In this document: piece by piece, positions 10,710 to 20,290 of the stretch
Position numbering within the stretch: the first letter of the stretch is position 1
How the letters are laid out: the number at the start of each line of letters is the position of its first letter
NCBI GenBank assembly: GCA_000166095.1
Contig: CP002278.1
Coordinates: 420,001 to 452,000 of the forward strand
DNA from: Methanothermus fervidus DSM 2088
GTDB taxonomy: Archaea > Methanobacteriota > Methanobacteria > DSM-2088 > Methanothermaceae
Direction of reading: 5' to 3'
DNA length: 32,000 bases
The notes under the pieces: generated by a model
What the model was told of the DNA's origin: nothing
The model's database searches: none
What the model saw: the letters and a program-made list of their open reading frames with translations, nothing else
Program-made: the position numbers and the translations under genes

Positions 10710-11084
10710 CTATTCTTCCTTTTCCTTTTTACTTATAAGTTCTTTTATCGGTTTTTCTCCCTCTTTCACAACTACAGTATTTACTTGAACAATGTCTTCA
10801 GAAATTGTGTTGCCTCTTACACTTTTACGTCGTCTTTCCCCTTTACGTCTTGGTTTAAATCCTGGTCCACTGGATAAAAGCACTTTAACTCTTCTACTAC
10901 CTTCTATATCTTTTCTCATTGGAAATCCATCTTTGTCACTGCCGCCTGTTATTTTTAATTTATAGCCAGGTAAGCCAATGATTGAACCATCAAATTCATC
11001 TCCAATTTTTAACCCAATGAGTTTGTCTGTATCTGTTTCTATTTGGTATGATTTATCTTTGTGTGAAACTACAACTTTAAACAC
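10710..11084 (-). CDS. rps6e: Ribosomal protein S6e
   Basis: [15 protein letters not shown]...[58 protein letters not shown]. Confidence 0.96.
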   Translation of the reverse strand: MFKVVVSHKDKSYQIETDTDKLIGLKIGDEFDGSIIGLPGYKLKITGGSDKDGFPMRKDIEGSRRVKVLLSSGPGFKPRRKGERRRKSVRGNTISEDIVQVNTVVVKEGEKPIKELISKKEKEE

Positions 11085-11099
11085 GAAAAATCCCTCCCC

Positions 11100-12908
11100 C
11101 TAGCTCAATGAATATCCAGTACCATAGGTAGGATCTACTTTTCTTTTAATTTTTACAATTTCTTCAAGTGTTTCTTGTTCATCAGCTGTTAATTCATTTT
11201 TTAATTGTTTTGATAATATTTTGTAATCCTTTTCAGGTATATCACTGTATAGTATATCCCCTTCTTCAATATTTCTACCAATTATTCCACCTTTTATAGA
11301 TATGGCAACTTTTTGTCCTTTTTTTGCGGATTTTATATTTTTACCTTTATCTTGAATACTACCGACTGTTCCTACAACGTTTCCATCTTCTCTGATTAGA
11401 TTGTATCCAGGTTTCAATTTACCAGCGAGTACTTCTATTCCTGTAATAGCTGGTTTACTACTTCTAAAAACAAAACCTGGTAATATTCTTATTTTAACAG
11501 GCCTTATAATACTTTCCATTAATGATTTCTTCCTTCTTTCTTTAATTTCTTTCATCCAGTCAACATAATCTTCAATGAGCTTATATATCACATTATTAGA
11601 AAATACTTTTACACCAGATTCTTCTAAAATTGTTTTTGCTGATGGTAATATCTTAACATTGAACGCTAATATGACACCATAAATCTCATCTGTATTTTTT
11701 GAAACTTCAGCTTCTATGACATCTCTTTGAGATACATCGCCTATGTCAGCTACCCTAATTGGAACATCAGTTTCTTCTTTTAGTAATTTTATCACAGCTT
11801 CTAAAGAACCTAATGTGTCTGCTTTAATGACAATTCCTGCCTTATCTGTTTCAATTTTAACTTCTTCTAATTCTTTTCGTATTTCGTTCCGTATATCCTC
11901 TAAGTTTTCATCTTTTGCAACTCGTAAAGGAGATCCAGGAATCACATCTTTAACTCCTGGAGCAACAATTTTAACACCAGAAGCAGCGACTACTTCCTTA
12001 ACACGCTTAAATTCTGTTTTACTTTCTCTTATTTCCTCAAGAGGTTTTGGTTTTAATAATGATCTAATCCTAGTGACCACAACATCTTCTAAAGTTAACA
12101 AAACTATCTTATCATTTTGTTTTAAAACACCGTCATATATTATAGCATCTAAGGTTGTACCTAATCCCTTTTCTTCCTTTACTTCAAGTATTGTACCTTT
12201 TGCTGGAGAATCTGATTCAATAGTCAACTGATCTTTTAAATATTGTTGTGCTAATCCAATCAACAAAGTAAGTAATTCAGGTATGCCTTCACCTGTAAGT
12301 GCGCTGATTGGAACAATGCTTACTTGAGATGTGAAATCAGTGACTCTATCAAATCGTTCTGCGTTGAAACCTTCTTCATGTAAACTACCAACTAACTCAT
12401 ATATCTTTGTTTCTAAAGATTGTTGAACTTTTGGAACTTGTTTTTCAAAAGTTTCTAAAAAAGAAGAATTTTTATGTGCTTTCCATCCTCTTATCTTGTC
12501 TATTTTATTTGCAGCCACCACAAATGGAGTTTTATACATCTTTAATATGTTTAGTGCCTCATAAGTCTGGGGCTTAAAACCTTCATTAATATCAACAATA
12601 AGTATTGCTAAATCTGCTAGAGATCCTCCTCTTTTTCTCAAAGTTGTAAATGCTTCATGTCCAGGAGTATCAATAAATAATAATCCAGGAATAATTCGTT
12701 GGATTGAATATTTTTCTAATAAACCTTTACAAATTTCTTCAATTACTTTAATAGGTATTTCGGTAGCTCCAATATGTTGCGTTATCCCTCCGGCCTCTTT
12801 ATGGGCTATAGCAGTACCTCTAATATTGTCTAACAATGTTGTTTTTCCATGATCTACATGACCTAATACAGAAACTATTGGAGACCTTATTTTCATTATA
12901 TCACTCAT
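11100..12908 (-). CDS. infB: Archaeal translation initiation factor IF-2 (aIF5B), no intein
   Basis: [71 protein letters not shown]. Confidence 0.97.
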   Translation of the reverse strand: MSDIMKIRSPIVSVLGHVDHGKTTLLDNIRGTAIAHKEAGGITQHIGATEIPIKVIEEICKGLLEKYSIQRIIPGLLFIDTPGHEAFTTLRKRGGSLADLAILIVDINEGFKPQTYEALNILKMYKTPFVVAANKIDKIRGWKAHKNSSFLETFEKQVPKVQQSLETKIYELVGSLHEEGFNAERFDRVTDFTSQVSIVPISALTGEGIPELLTLLIGLAQQYLKDQLTIESDSPAKGTILEVKEEKGLGTTLDAIIYDGVLKQNDKIVLLTLEDVVVTRIRSLLKPKPLEEIRESKTEFKRVKEVVAASGVKIVAPGVKDVIPGSPLRVAKDENLEDIRNEIRKELEEVKIETDKAGIVIKADTLGSLEAVIKLLKEETDVPIRVADIGDVSQRDVIEAEVSKNTDEIYGVILAFNVKILPSAKTILEESGVKVFSNNVIYKLIEDYVDWMKEIKERRKKSLMESIIRPVKIRILPGFVFRSSKPAITGIEVLAGKLKPGYNLIREDGNVVGTVGSIQDKGKNIKSAKKGQKVAISIKGGIIGRNIEEGDILYSDIPEKDYKILSKQLKNELTADEQETLEEIVKIKRKVDPTYGTGYSLS

Positions 12909-13353
12909 ATATTATATCAGCGTCTGGCATATTATACTCAAATATTTCAGAATTTTTAAAGAACAATTTAATTTCTCTTTCAGCAGATTCTGGCGAATCT
13001 GAAGCATGAATTATATTTCTACCAATTTCTAATGCGAAATCTCCTCTTATAGTACCTGATTCTGCTTCTTTAGGATCTGTTGCACCAACCATTTTTCTTA
13101 CAACACTTATACAGTTTTTACCTTTAAGTACTAAAACAACGACTGGCGACGATGTTATGTATTTTATTAAATCTTTAAAGAATGGCTTATCTTTATGTTC
13201 AGCATAATGTTTTTTGGCCAATTCTTTATCGACATCTACCATTTTCATTGCAACTATTTGTAATCCTCTTTTTTCAAAACGTTGTATGATTTCTCCAATT
13301 AGCCTACGTTTTACAGCATCAGGTTTTATCATCACAAAAGTTTTTTCCATCAT
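12901..13353 (-). CDS. ndk: Nucleoside diphosphate kinase
   Basis: [37 protein letters not shown]...[18 protein letters not shown]...[16 protein letters not shown]. Confidence 0.97.
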   Translation of the reverse strand: MMEKTFVMIKPDAVKRRLIGEIIQRFEKRGLQIVAMKMVDVDKELAKKHYAEHKDKPFFKDLIKYITSSPVVVLVLKGKNCISVVRKMVGATDPKEAESGTIRGDFALEIGRNIIHASDSPESAEREIKLFFKNSEIFEYNMPDADIIYE

Positions 13354-13514
13354 TTTTTCTTAACCCATTTGACTTTTCTTGGTTTTCTTCCTAATTTCAG
13401 CATGTTCTTTTCACATTTACTGCCACAAAAGAAATATATAGTCCCATCTCTCTTAACAAACATTTTTCCAGTGCCTGGTTTTATTTTTTCGCCACAGAAG
13501 GAACATACTCTCAT
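13350..13514 (-). CDS. rpl24e: Ribosomal protein L24e (54 aa, below the ORF-track size limit)
   Basis: Hand translation: [54 protein letters not shown]. The stop overlaps the ndk start. Conserved position between rps28e and ndk. Confidence 0.95.
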   Translation of the reverse strand: MRVCSFCGEKIKPGTGKMFVKRDGTIYFFCGSKCEKNMLKLGRKPRKVKWVKKK

Positions 13515-13525
13515 TTATAAATCAC

Positions 13526-13747
13526 CTATGGTGGCTTGATCTCTCTAGCTTCTCTTATTGTATCTAGTAGCATTAATATGTCTCCCTCTCTCACAGGTCC
13601 CATGACATTTCTGGTTAATATTCTCCCTTTATCACGTCCTTCTAGGATCCTACATTTCACTTGGATAACTTCACCTGTCATTCCAGTCCTTCCAACAACT
13701 TCAATTACTTCTGCAGGCACGGCTTTTTCTTCTTCTATTAAAGCCAT
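13526..13747 (-). CDS. rps28e: Ribosomal protein S28e
   Basis: [60 protein letters not shown]. Confidence 0.96.
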   Translation of the reverse strand: MALIEEEKAVPAEVIEVVGRTGMTGEVIQVKCRILEGRDKGRILTRNVMGPVREGDILMLLDTIREAREIKPP

Positions 13748-13759
13748 ATAAAACCACCA

Positions 13760-14131
13760 TTATTTTTTAATGCTTTCAATTTTTTCTATAATTTCATTTG
13801 TGAGATCTTCAGCTTCACCTGCATCTATTATGGCTGCAGATGCAGCTGATACATTTATACCGGCAGCAGCTCCTAATTCTTCTTTCTTTGGTACGTATAT
13901 ATATGGTATTTCTTTTTCTTCTGAAAGAACAGGTAAGTGTGCTACAATTTCTGGTGGGTCTACATTTTCAGCTATAATTACTAATTTTGCTATACCTCTC
14001 TCAACGGCTTTTGTTGTTTCATTTGTTCCTTTGACAATTTTTCCCGTGTCTCTTGCTATTTCCACGGCTTCCAATGTTTTGTCAGCTAACTCTTTTGGTA
14101 CATCAAATTTCACATAGAATGGTTTTGCCAT
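13760..14131 (-). CDS. rpl7ae: Ribosomal protein L7Ae
   Basis: [96 protein letters not shown]. Confidence 0.97.
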   Translation of the reverse strand: MAKPFYVKFDVPKELADKTLEAVEIARDTGKIVKGTNETTKAVERGIAKLVIIAENVDPPEIVAHLPVLSEEKEIPYIYVPKKEELGAAAGINVSAASAAIIDAGEAEDLTNEIIEKIESIKK

Positions 14132-14187
14132 ATTTCATCACCTCCAACTCATTGGCTCAGTTTGTAATAAAAGCTACGACAACCAAC

Positions 14188-14197
14188 AATATATACT
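14188..14197 (-). promoter_or_regulatory. Candidate BRE/TATA promoter element for the rpl7ae gene cluster
   Basis: Reverse strand GAAAGTATATATTG about 60 nt upstream of the rpl7ae start. A second candidate, ATTTATATAA, lies at 14252-14261 on the same strand. Confidence 0.45.
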
Positions 14198-14280
14198 TTC
14201 TCTTCCCTTTAAAATTTTGGAGAAATAGATGTACAAAAATTTTTACAATAGTTATATAAATATTTTTCGCAGTAAAAATT

Positions 14281-14400
14281 TTATGGTTGAAGGCCAAGAC
14301 CACACATAATTGCAGATAAAAACAATAGTATAAGGAGATTACCTAAAATACCGATTGTTATTATGATTGCAACATCTTTTGTTTTTATTTTTTCTTCCAT
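14281..14400 (-). CDS. Putative 39-aa single-span membrane microprotein
   Basis: Hand translation: MEEKIKTKDVAIIITIGILGNLLILLFLSAIMCGLGLQP*. GAGGTG ribosome-binding site 6-7 nt before ATG, with one long hydrophobic segment. Confidence 0.5.
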   Translation of the reverse strand: MEEKIKTKDVAIIITIGILGNLLILLFLSAIMCGLGLQP

Positions 14401-14513
14401 TTAAGACACCTCATCACTTTTACTATAAGAATGTTTTATTATTCATGTCCCTAAAATTAAACCATACCAAAAAGTATAAATAAGAAAAATTATAATGAAA
14501 GGATATACAGATA

Positions 14514-14587
14514 GGGCCGGTGGTCTAGTGGCCTAGGACGCCTCGCTTACGACGAGGAGGTCGCGAGTTCGAATCTCGCCCGGCCCA
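14514..14587 (+). tRNA. tRNA-Val, anticodon TAC
   Basis: 74 nt. GGGCCGG/CCGGCCC acceptor, CCTCG-CTTACGA-CGAGG anticodon arm, GCGAG-TTCGAAT-CTCGC T arm, discriminator A. TATA-like AGTATAAATA about 40 nt upstream. Confidence 0.96.
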
Positions 14588-14592
14588 TAAGT

Positions 14593-14666
14593 GGGTCCGT
14601 GGTCTAGTGGCCTAGGACGCCTCGCTCACGACGAGGAGGTCGCGAGTTCGAATCTCGCCGGACCCA
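14593..14666 (+). tRNA. tRNA-Val, anticodon CAC
   Basis: 74 nt. GGGTCCG/CGGACCC acceptor, CCTCG-CTCACGA-CGAGG anticodon arm, GCGAG-TTCGAAT-CTCGC T arm. Only 5 nt after the previous tRNA. Confidence 0.96.
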
Positions 14667-14685
14667 CTCTAACTTCTTTTTAATT

Positions 14686-15414
14686 TTAATGTTTTAGAAC
14701 TATAATTGTCATAAAAACCAGTAGTATTGAAGAAAAAAATATTATTGTTCCTCTAATAAAACCTGTTTTTCTATTTGTTGCATAAGATAGAGTATACGAA
14801 AAAATAAAACAGAATAAAAGTCTTAAAACCCCCAAAAGTTCTTTAGGTACGGATTTTGTCCATCGTATTGTTTCCATTAGTGTTAGGGCAGCAACATAAA
14901 CAATTAATACTTGAAACAATAAATTTTGTGTTAAACTTTTAAACGATGATTTTTCTGGTTTTTTTCTTAAGTCTACATGTTTAGTTTTGATTTTTCTAGG
15001 GAATCTAAATCTACTTGAATTATAAGAGGGTGAGATATCCTCTATTTCATCTGCAATATTTCTTTCTAATTCAGATTTAGATGATAAAATTGATTCCTCA
15101 TCTATGATACTAATGTTTTTTGCTTTTGCATATCTTATAGCCTGTTGTGTGAATCCAGAAGATGCAATGATAATTACTTTAGAAATTTTTAGATACCTTT
15201 TTATCATCTCAATTTCTTTGATAAAATCAATTCCAACTTTCCAATCTCTATACAATACTATTATTTTAATTTTTCCAAGTTTTGAGAGTGACATCTGGGC
15301 GTAAAGGTCAATACGATTACCTAAAACCTTCAAATTTTTACGAATTTTAAACCCTGAATTTTCTAAAATGTTGGAAACAAAATTGATAACTTCTTCTCTA
15401 GTTGTCATTGTCAC
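14686..15414 (-). CDS. Mrr/restriction-endonuclease-like (PD-(D/E)XK fold) protein with C-terminal transmembrane segments
   Basis: N-terminal REEVINFVSNILENSGFKIRKNLKVLGNRIDLYAQ...KIKIIVLYRDWKVGIDFIKEIEMIKRYLKISKVIIIASSGFTQQAIRYAKAKNISIIDEE resembles the Mrr_cat layout. C-terminal FLVYVAALTLMETI..., LLFCFIFSYTLSYA and GTIIFFSSILLVFMTIIVL are hydrophobic. Start is GTG 15414 or ATG 15408. Confidence 0.6.
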   Translation of the reverse strand: MTMTTREEVINFVSNILENSGFKIRKNLKVLGNRIDLYAQMSLSKLGKIKIIVLYRDWKVGIDFIKEIEMIKRYLKISKVIIIASSGFTQQAIRYAKAKNISIIDEESILSSKSELERNIADEIEDISPSYNSSRFRFPRKIKTKHVDLRKKPEKSSFKSLTQNLLFQVLIVYVAALTLMETIRWTKSVPKELLGVLRLLFCFIFSYTLSYATNRKTGFIRGTIIFFSSILLVFMTIIVLKH

Positions 15415-15491
15415 TCTCCAAACTTTATCAAATTATGTTATAGCTTATATCATATAAAAAAATTAATGATCTTTAGTTGGGAGGGTATCTG

Positions 15492-16553
15492 ATGGATATA
15501 GAAAAAGATGTAGAATTGATAAAAAGAGACGCTGATAGAGTACCTAAATTCAAAAAAATTAAAAAAACTACGAAAATTATTGCAGATTTTACAGAATATT
15601 CTCCATTACATAAAGGGCATAGGTATTGTATGTTTAAAGCTAAAGAAAAAGTACCTGACGGAATATTTGTTGCTGTGATTCCAGGACCTACAGAAAGAAG
15701 TGGTCGTGGATTACCATACATTATGAGTAGATATGCACGTGCAAGGGCTGCTATTGCAGTTGGAGCTGATATTGCAGTTGAAGGACCTCCAATGGGTGTT
15801 ATGGGTTCTGGACAATATTCATTATGCCTAGCAAAAATGTTTAAGGCTTTAAATACAGATTACATCCCAAGAGGTTATAAACCAGCCCCAAATTTCAATA
15901 AAATTCTCAAAAGAATAAACGATGGACATATAATTGTCCCTAAACCATATAAAATAATTGACACGACAACAAATGAAATATTACTTGAAGATCCACTAGA
16001 GGAAGATAATTATGTTATAGTTTCATTATCGAAATCTTTAGGTAAGATTGGATTTAATTTTAAAAATAAATTTATTTTTGTAAAAAGGATTTCTGGTGTA
16101 AGTGGGACAAAAATTAGAAATGCTGTGTATAAAGGGAAGCTTGAATCTGTCAAAGATATGCTACCAGAAGAAACATATAAGGTATTAAAAGAAGAATTAC
16201 GTGCTGGAAGAGCACCTTTGTATAGAAATGAGGAAAAGATATTAGAAAATGCTAATACATTAAATTATGAAGAGTTGTTGAATCTAAATTTAATTGATGA
16301 AAAAACTGCTAAAAAATTGATAGCTAACAGACCCTATAAAAGTATCAAAGAAATTGAAAAAGCCATTCCAGCAGGTTTTAGTACTCATCATAAACAAAGA
16401 ATTTTATCTGTTTTAGAAGCAAAAATTGATAAGGATACAATTTCCAAGTATATAGAAAATTATCCAGCGACAATCCGCGTGCTGGGGTATAAAGATTCTA
16501 AGACATTTAGAGTATTTAAAAATAACGTACCACATAGGAGGATAGTGACATGA
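15492..16553 (+). CDS. TmcAL (YlbM)-like nucleotidyltransferase-fold protein with C-terminal helix-hairpin-helix region
   Basis: [45 protein letters not shown]...[18 protein letters not shown]...[18 protein letters not shown] and [16 protein letters not shown] match the HxGH/SxTxIR layout. [28 protein letters not shown] is HhH-like. ATG at 15492 with GGGAGGG SD; the track ORF starts at an upstream TTG. Confidence 0.6.
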   Translation: MDIEKDVELIKRDADRVPKFKKIKKTTKIIADFTEYSPLHKGHRYCMFKAKEKVPDGIFVAVIPGPTERSGRGLPYIMSRYARARAAIAVGADIAVEGPPMGVMGSGQYSLCLAKMFKALNTDYIPRGYKPAPNFNKILKRINDGHIIVPKPYKIIDTTTNEILLEDPLEEDNYVIVSLSKSLGKIGFNFKNKFIFVKRISGVSGTKIRNAVYKGKLESVKDMLPEETYKVLKEELRAGRAPLYRNEEKILENANTLNYEELLNLNLIDEKTAKKLIANRPYKSIKEIEKAIPAGFSTHHKQRILSVLEAKIDKDTISKYIENYPATIRVLGYKDSKTFRVFKNNVPHRRIVT

Positions 16554-17266
16554 CTGTGAAAAAGGGAGATTTCGTAGAATTAGAATTTGTTGGGAAAATC
16601 AAGGAAACAGGTGAAATTTTTGATACCACTGACCCAAAAATTGCTAAAGACGCAGGTATACTTAAAAAAAATACGGTGTATAGGCCATTAGTTGTAGTTG
16701 TTGGTAAGGGACAACTCATACCTGGAGTAGATGAAGCATTAATAGGGATGAAGGAAAATGAAGAAAAGAGTATAGAAGTACCTCCTGAAAAAGGATTTGG
16801 TAAACGGGACCCAAAACTTGTAAAGTTAATTCCAATTACTGAACTAAGGAAAAGAGGTATTAAACCAAAAGTAGGCATGAGAGTAACAATCGACAATGCG
16901 GTTGGAAGGATTGTTAACATTACTGGTGGAAGAGTACGTATTGATTTTAATCATCCCCTTGCAGGAAAACATTTAAAATTAGATTTAAAAGTCAAAAAAA
17001 TAATAAAAGATGATAAAGAGAAAATTAAAGGAATTATTAGTATGTATTACCCAAATGCAAAGTTAGAAGATATAAATGTTGAAATAAAGGATGGAACTGT
17101 TTCTATTGAAGTAGATGATACGTTTAAATTTGATAATAGGCCACATTCTAACATTACATTGACACAAGCTAGGATAGCAAAAGAAATTTGGGATAATATT
17201 GAAGGTGTCAAAAGAGTTGAATTTATAAGTGCATTTGAAAAAACTAAGGCCAAGTCAACAACTTAG
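16550..17266 (+). CDS. FKBP-type peptidyl-prolyl cis-trans isomerase (archaeal long type with IF domain)
   Basis: [27 protein letters not shown]...[48 protein letters not shown]...[21 protein letters not shown]. Confidence 0.93.
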   Translation: MTVKKGDFVELEFVGKIKETGEIFDTTDPKIAKDAGILKKNTVYRPLVVVVGKGQLIPGVDEALIGMKENEEKSIEVPPEKGFGKRDPKLVKLIPITELRKRGIKPKVGMRVTIDNAVGRIVNITGGRVRIDFNHPLAGKHLKLDLKVKKIIKDDKEKIKGIISMYYPNAKLEDINVEIKDGTVSIEVDDTFKFDNRPHSNITLTQARIAKEIWDNIEGVKRVEFISAFEKTKAKSTT

Positions 17267-18737
17267 GAACTTTTGTTTTCTTTATTCTATTTTTTATTAA
17301 TTTTGGCCAGTTTTCATATTCAAAACCTTTCTGTGATAAGAATCCATATACCCATCTTGTCACACCTAATCCTGTACATCCTGTCCATATTCTATCATTG
17401 TGTGCCTCTCTAATTGAAAAACCATCTACAAAATGAGTACCATGGACATTTGCAGACACCACTGCCACATCTTCTTTACCTTTAAGTTTCATCTCATATT
17501 TAGGAATTTCTGGAAATTCTAAATTTCTTTCTTCAAATTCACGTCCTTCTAAATAAAATGGGTCATCTCCAACTTCAGTATACCATTCTAATTCCAATTT
17601 ATCTGCTAATTTTTGTGATAATTCAACAGTTTTATCTCTAATTTTTTCCACATCTTCAGGTGTACCTAACCATACCATCTCTATTCTTTGGAATTCATGA
17701 ACTCTATCTAGACCTTTGGCACCTCCTGCTTCCCAACGATATGTCCATCCACTTCTATCAAAAAATTTTATTGGCAATTCGCTTTTGTCAACAACTTCAT
17801 GACTTAAAAATTCATAAAATGGTTCACATTGCGCTGGTGCAAGAACATATGAAGGATCTCTAAGTCCTTCTTTTAATAAATTTATAGGAATTTCCTTTTT
17901 GATTATTAATTCATTTTTAAATTTTTTGAACAATTCAGGATCTCGTTTGGGTGCACTACAATAATACATGCCTTCTGGTAAACCTTCGAGATATCTCATC
18001 TTATACATTATAGATAATGGGATAAGTTTTGGAAAAAGACATTCTTCAAATCCTAATGGTTCAACGACTTTTTCAATTAACAAGGATTCAAATGCTCTAC
18101 AGAGTGCAGCCATTGGAGGAGTATAAAACCATTGACCTCTTCCAGGAAATTTTTTAATCCATCCTCTTTTTATTGCTTCCTCTGTAGGATCCCCATCGAA
18201 TAATGCTTTTCTTTTTTCACTTTTTGCTACAATTTCTCCAGCTTTGGCCTTTACAATTTTTTCTGTTAAAGTTTTTCTTCTTGTTGCTTGTCTGATAACT
18301 CTGTCAACGACATGTTTTCTTAATTCAGATTCATCTAATTTTTCAAACTTTACAATAAGATTATCATTTTTAACTTCAACAGAAGCAACAAACGGTAAAT
18401 CCTCTATTTCAGGATTTCCTCTAGGTATTATTGCTTTACATTCATCGACTTTAATTTTCCTAACACCGATGTGATATTTTGGACCCAAAAGTTGGGATAA
18501 TGGATTTTTTAATCTTAATATAGCGTCATGTGCCCTAATTTTTCTACCTGACTTTATTTTTATTTTTATAATATTGTCTTCCAACTTCCAATCAGTTATT
18601 TTGGCAGCTTCACTTTTATCCTTAGTTCCTTTTACCAATAATGTTTTATTTGCATCTTCTATAAAATTTTCCAAATCCTTTTTCATTTCTTTATTACTAC
18701 CACTTAGTATTATTCTACCTTTTACTTCAAACTTCAT
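17244..18737 (-). CDS. serS: Type-2 (methanogenic-type) seryl-tRNA synthetase
   Basis: KKFPGRGQWFYTPPMAALCRAFESLLIEKVVEPLGFEECLFPKLIPLSIMYKMRYLEGLPEGMYYC and HVHGTHFVDGFSIREAHNDRIWTGCTGLGVTRWVYGFLSQKG, characteristic of the rare archaeal SerRS. Confidence 0.93.
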   Translation of the reverse strand: MKFEVKGRIILSGSNKEMKKDLENFIEDANKTLLVKGTKDKSEAAKITDWKLEDNIIKIKIKSGRKIRAHDAILRLKNPLSQLLGPKYHIGVRKIKVDECKAIIPRGNPEIEDLPFVASVEVKNDNLIVKFEKLDESELRKHVVDRVIRQATRRKTLTEKIVKAKAGEIVAKSEKRKALFDGDPTEEAIKRGWIKKFPGRGQWFYTPPMAALCRAFESLLIEKVVEPLGFEECLFPKLIPLSIMYKMRYLEGLPEGMYYCSAPKRDPELFKKFKNELIIKKEIPINLLKEGLRDPSYVLAPAQCEPFYEFLSHEVVDKSELPIKFFDRSGWTYRWEAGGAKGLDRVHEFQRIEMVWLGTPEDVEKIRDKTVELSQKLADKLELEWYTEVGDDPFYLEGREFEERNLEFPEIPKYEMKLKGKEDVAVVSANVHGTHFVDGFSIREAHNDRIWTGCTGLGVTRWVYGFLSQKGFEYENWPKLIKNRIKKTKVPKLLTWP

Positions 18738-18968
18738 TTAATCACCAATGATTTTTAAAATTTTTTCTGCTATAATTTCTGCTGCTATTAGGTCGTCTGC
18801 AGTCGCTAATGCACTTCTTACAGAATTATTCTTTATTTTGAATAAAATTTTATTATCTATGACAGAACTCTCAACAAAATTGTAGTTGTCAGGTTTTAAG
18901 GCATTATGGACAATTTCTGCCTCTCTTTTATTTTTGTATTTCATTGTTATTTTTATTTTTGTTTCCAT
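18738..18968 (-). CDS. pcc1: KEOPS complex subunit Pcc1
   Basis: 76 aa: ITMKYKNKREAEIVHNALKPDNY...FKIKNNSVRSALATADDLIAAEIIAEKIL. Confidence 0.8.
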   Translation of the reverse strand: METKIKITMKYKNKREAEIVHNALKPDNYNFVESSVIDNKILFKIKNNSVRSALATADDLIAAEIIAEKILKIIGD

Positions 18969-18977
18969 ACTTGTAAC

Positions 18978-19748
18978 CTAATACCTATTTTTAATTTTTT
19001 CAGCAATTTTTTTAACAGCTGAAAAAGATTGAGATTTATATTTATATGGTGGTGTATTTGACATGTCGGCCTTTATGATATTTTTATCATAAGGTATTGT
19101 TCCTAAAACATCTAAACCTATTTCTTTTAACTTGTCTTCAATAACTTTTTTTTCATAAATATTTGATATTTTGTTTAATACTACTTCTATGTTTTTTATT
19201 CCTATATCTTCTGCAAGTTTTTTAATTCTTTTTGCAGTATTTATAGATTTTAAACTAGGTTCAACAACAATTATCATTAAATCTACAGATTCTGCAACCC
19301 TTCTTCCTAAATGTTCTATACCTGCTTCCATATCTAAAATCACTATTTCATCCCTTTTTAATATAAGATGTCTTAACAATGCTCTCAAAAACACAGAAGC
19401 AGGACAAATACAACCTTCCCCGCCTTTCTCAATTGTGCCCATAACTAAAAGTCTTAAATTGTCGTTGATTTTGTAAGAATATGAGTCAGGGATATCACTT
19501 ACATAAGGATTGATTTTAAAAACTTCTCCAAATGTAGATCCTGGTTCTGCCCCAGTTCTTTCTTTAATTAATTTTTTCATCTCAGACAATGGTTTTATGT
19601 TATTATTAACTCCCATATTAGTTGCCAGATTCATATCAGGGTCTGCATCAATTGCAAATACATTATAATCTTTTGATAATATATAAGCTAACATGCTTGT
19701 TAGTGTAGTTTTACCTACGCCTCCTTTTCCAGTTATTGCCACTTTCAT
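18978..19748 (-). CDS. CooC/MinD-family P-loop ATPase
   Basis: MKVAITGKGGVGKTTLTSMLAYILSKDYNVFAIDADPDMNLATNMG (deviant Walker A), IVILDMEAGIEHLGR, VVEPSLKSI. ATG at 19748 preceded by GGTG. Confidence 0.88.
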   Translation of the reverse strand: MKVAITGKGGVGKTTLTSMLAYILSKDYNVFAIDADPDMNLATNMGVNNNIKPLSEMKKLIKERTGAEPGSTFGEVFKINPYVSDIPDSYSYKINDNLRLLVMGTIEKGGEGCICPASVFLRALLRHLILKRDEIVILDMEAGIEHLGRRVAESVDLMIIVVEPSLKSINTAKRIKKLAEDIGIKNIEVVLNKISNIYEKKVIEDKLKEIGLDVLGTIPYDKNIIKADMSNTPPYKYKSQSFSAVKKIAEKIKNRY

Positions 19749-19776
19749 ATTTTTTACACCAACTACATACAATTGA

Positions 19777-20217
19777 TTAATGAACTATGAGTACTGGACA
19801 TGTTGCATGTCTAGTTATTTTTTCACTTACGCTTCCAAGAAGCAATCTATCTAATCCTCCTTTTCCAGAAGCTCCCATAACTACCAGATCTATTTTATTT
19901 TCTTTAATATAATCTAAAATTGTATTCACAACATGTCCTTCCTTTAGTTTTGTTTTTACCTTTAAATCTTCATTGAATTCTTTTATAATTTTTTTAGTTT
20001 CATGTAAAATTTCAGATGCTTCCATTTCCATTAATTTTTTATATTGTATCATTGTATCTTCCAGACTTACACCTAACAACGTTGAAGTGTCAATGACGTT
20101 AAGTACAATTATTTCTCCTGAACTTTTTTCTGCTATCCATGCAGCATGTTTTGCAGCTTTTTTTGCATATTTTGACCCATCTGTAGGTAATAATATTTTT
20201 TTATACAAAATCACCAC
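19777..20217 (-). CDS. Universal stress protein (UspA family)
   Basis: [26 protein letters not shown]...[37 protein letters not shown]. Confidence 0.95.
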   Translation of the reverse strand: MVILYKKILLPTDGSKYAKKAAKHAAWIAEKSSGEIIVLNVIDTSTLLGVSLEDTMIQYKKLMEMEASEILHETKKIIKEFNEDLKVKTKLKEGHVVNTILDYIKENKIDLVVMGASGKGGLDRLLLGSVSEKITRHATCPVLIVH

Positions 20218-20290
20218 CTCTTTCTATACAATAATAATTATGAGATATATATTGTTATGCCTTCAAACAGTATTAATACAAATTGGTCTT

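Noticed and set aside
14524-14540. 7-nt match between sRNA guide 1 target (AAGTGGCCAAAT) and the tRNA-Val D arm (AGTGGCC)
   Set aside because: Seven paired bases are too few and the match is broken exactly where the rest of the guide should pair; most likely chance.
16516-16920. ORF 16516..16920 (-) and 17047..17253 (-)
   Set aside because: Antisense to the FKBP gene 16550..17266; shadow ORFs.
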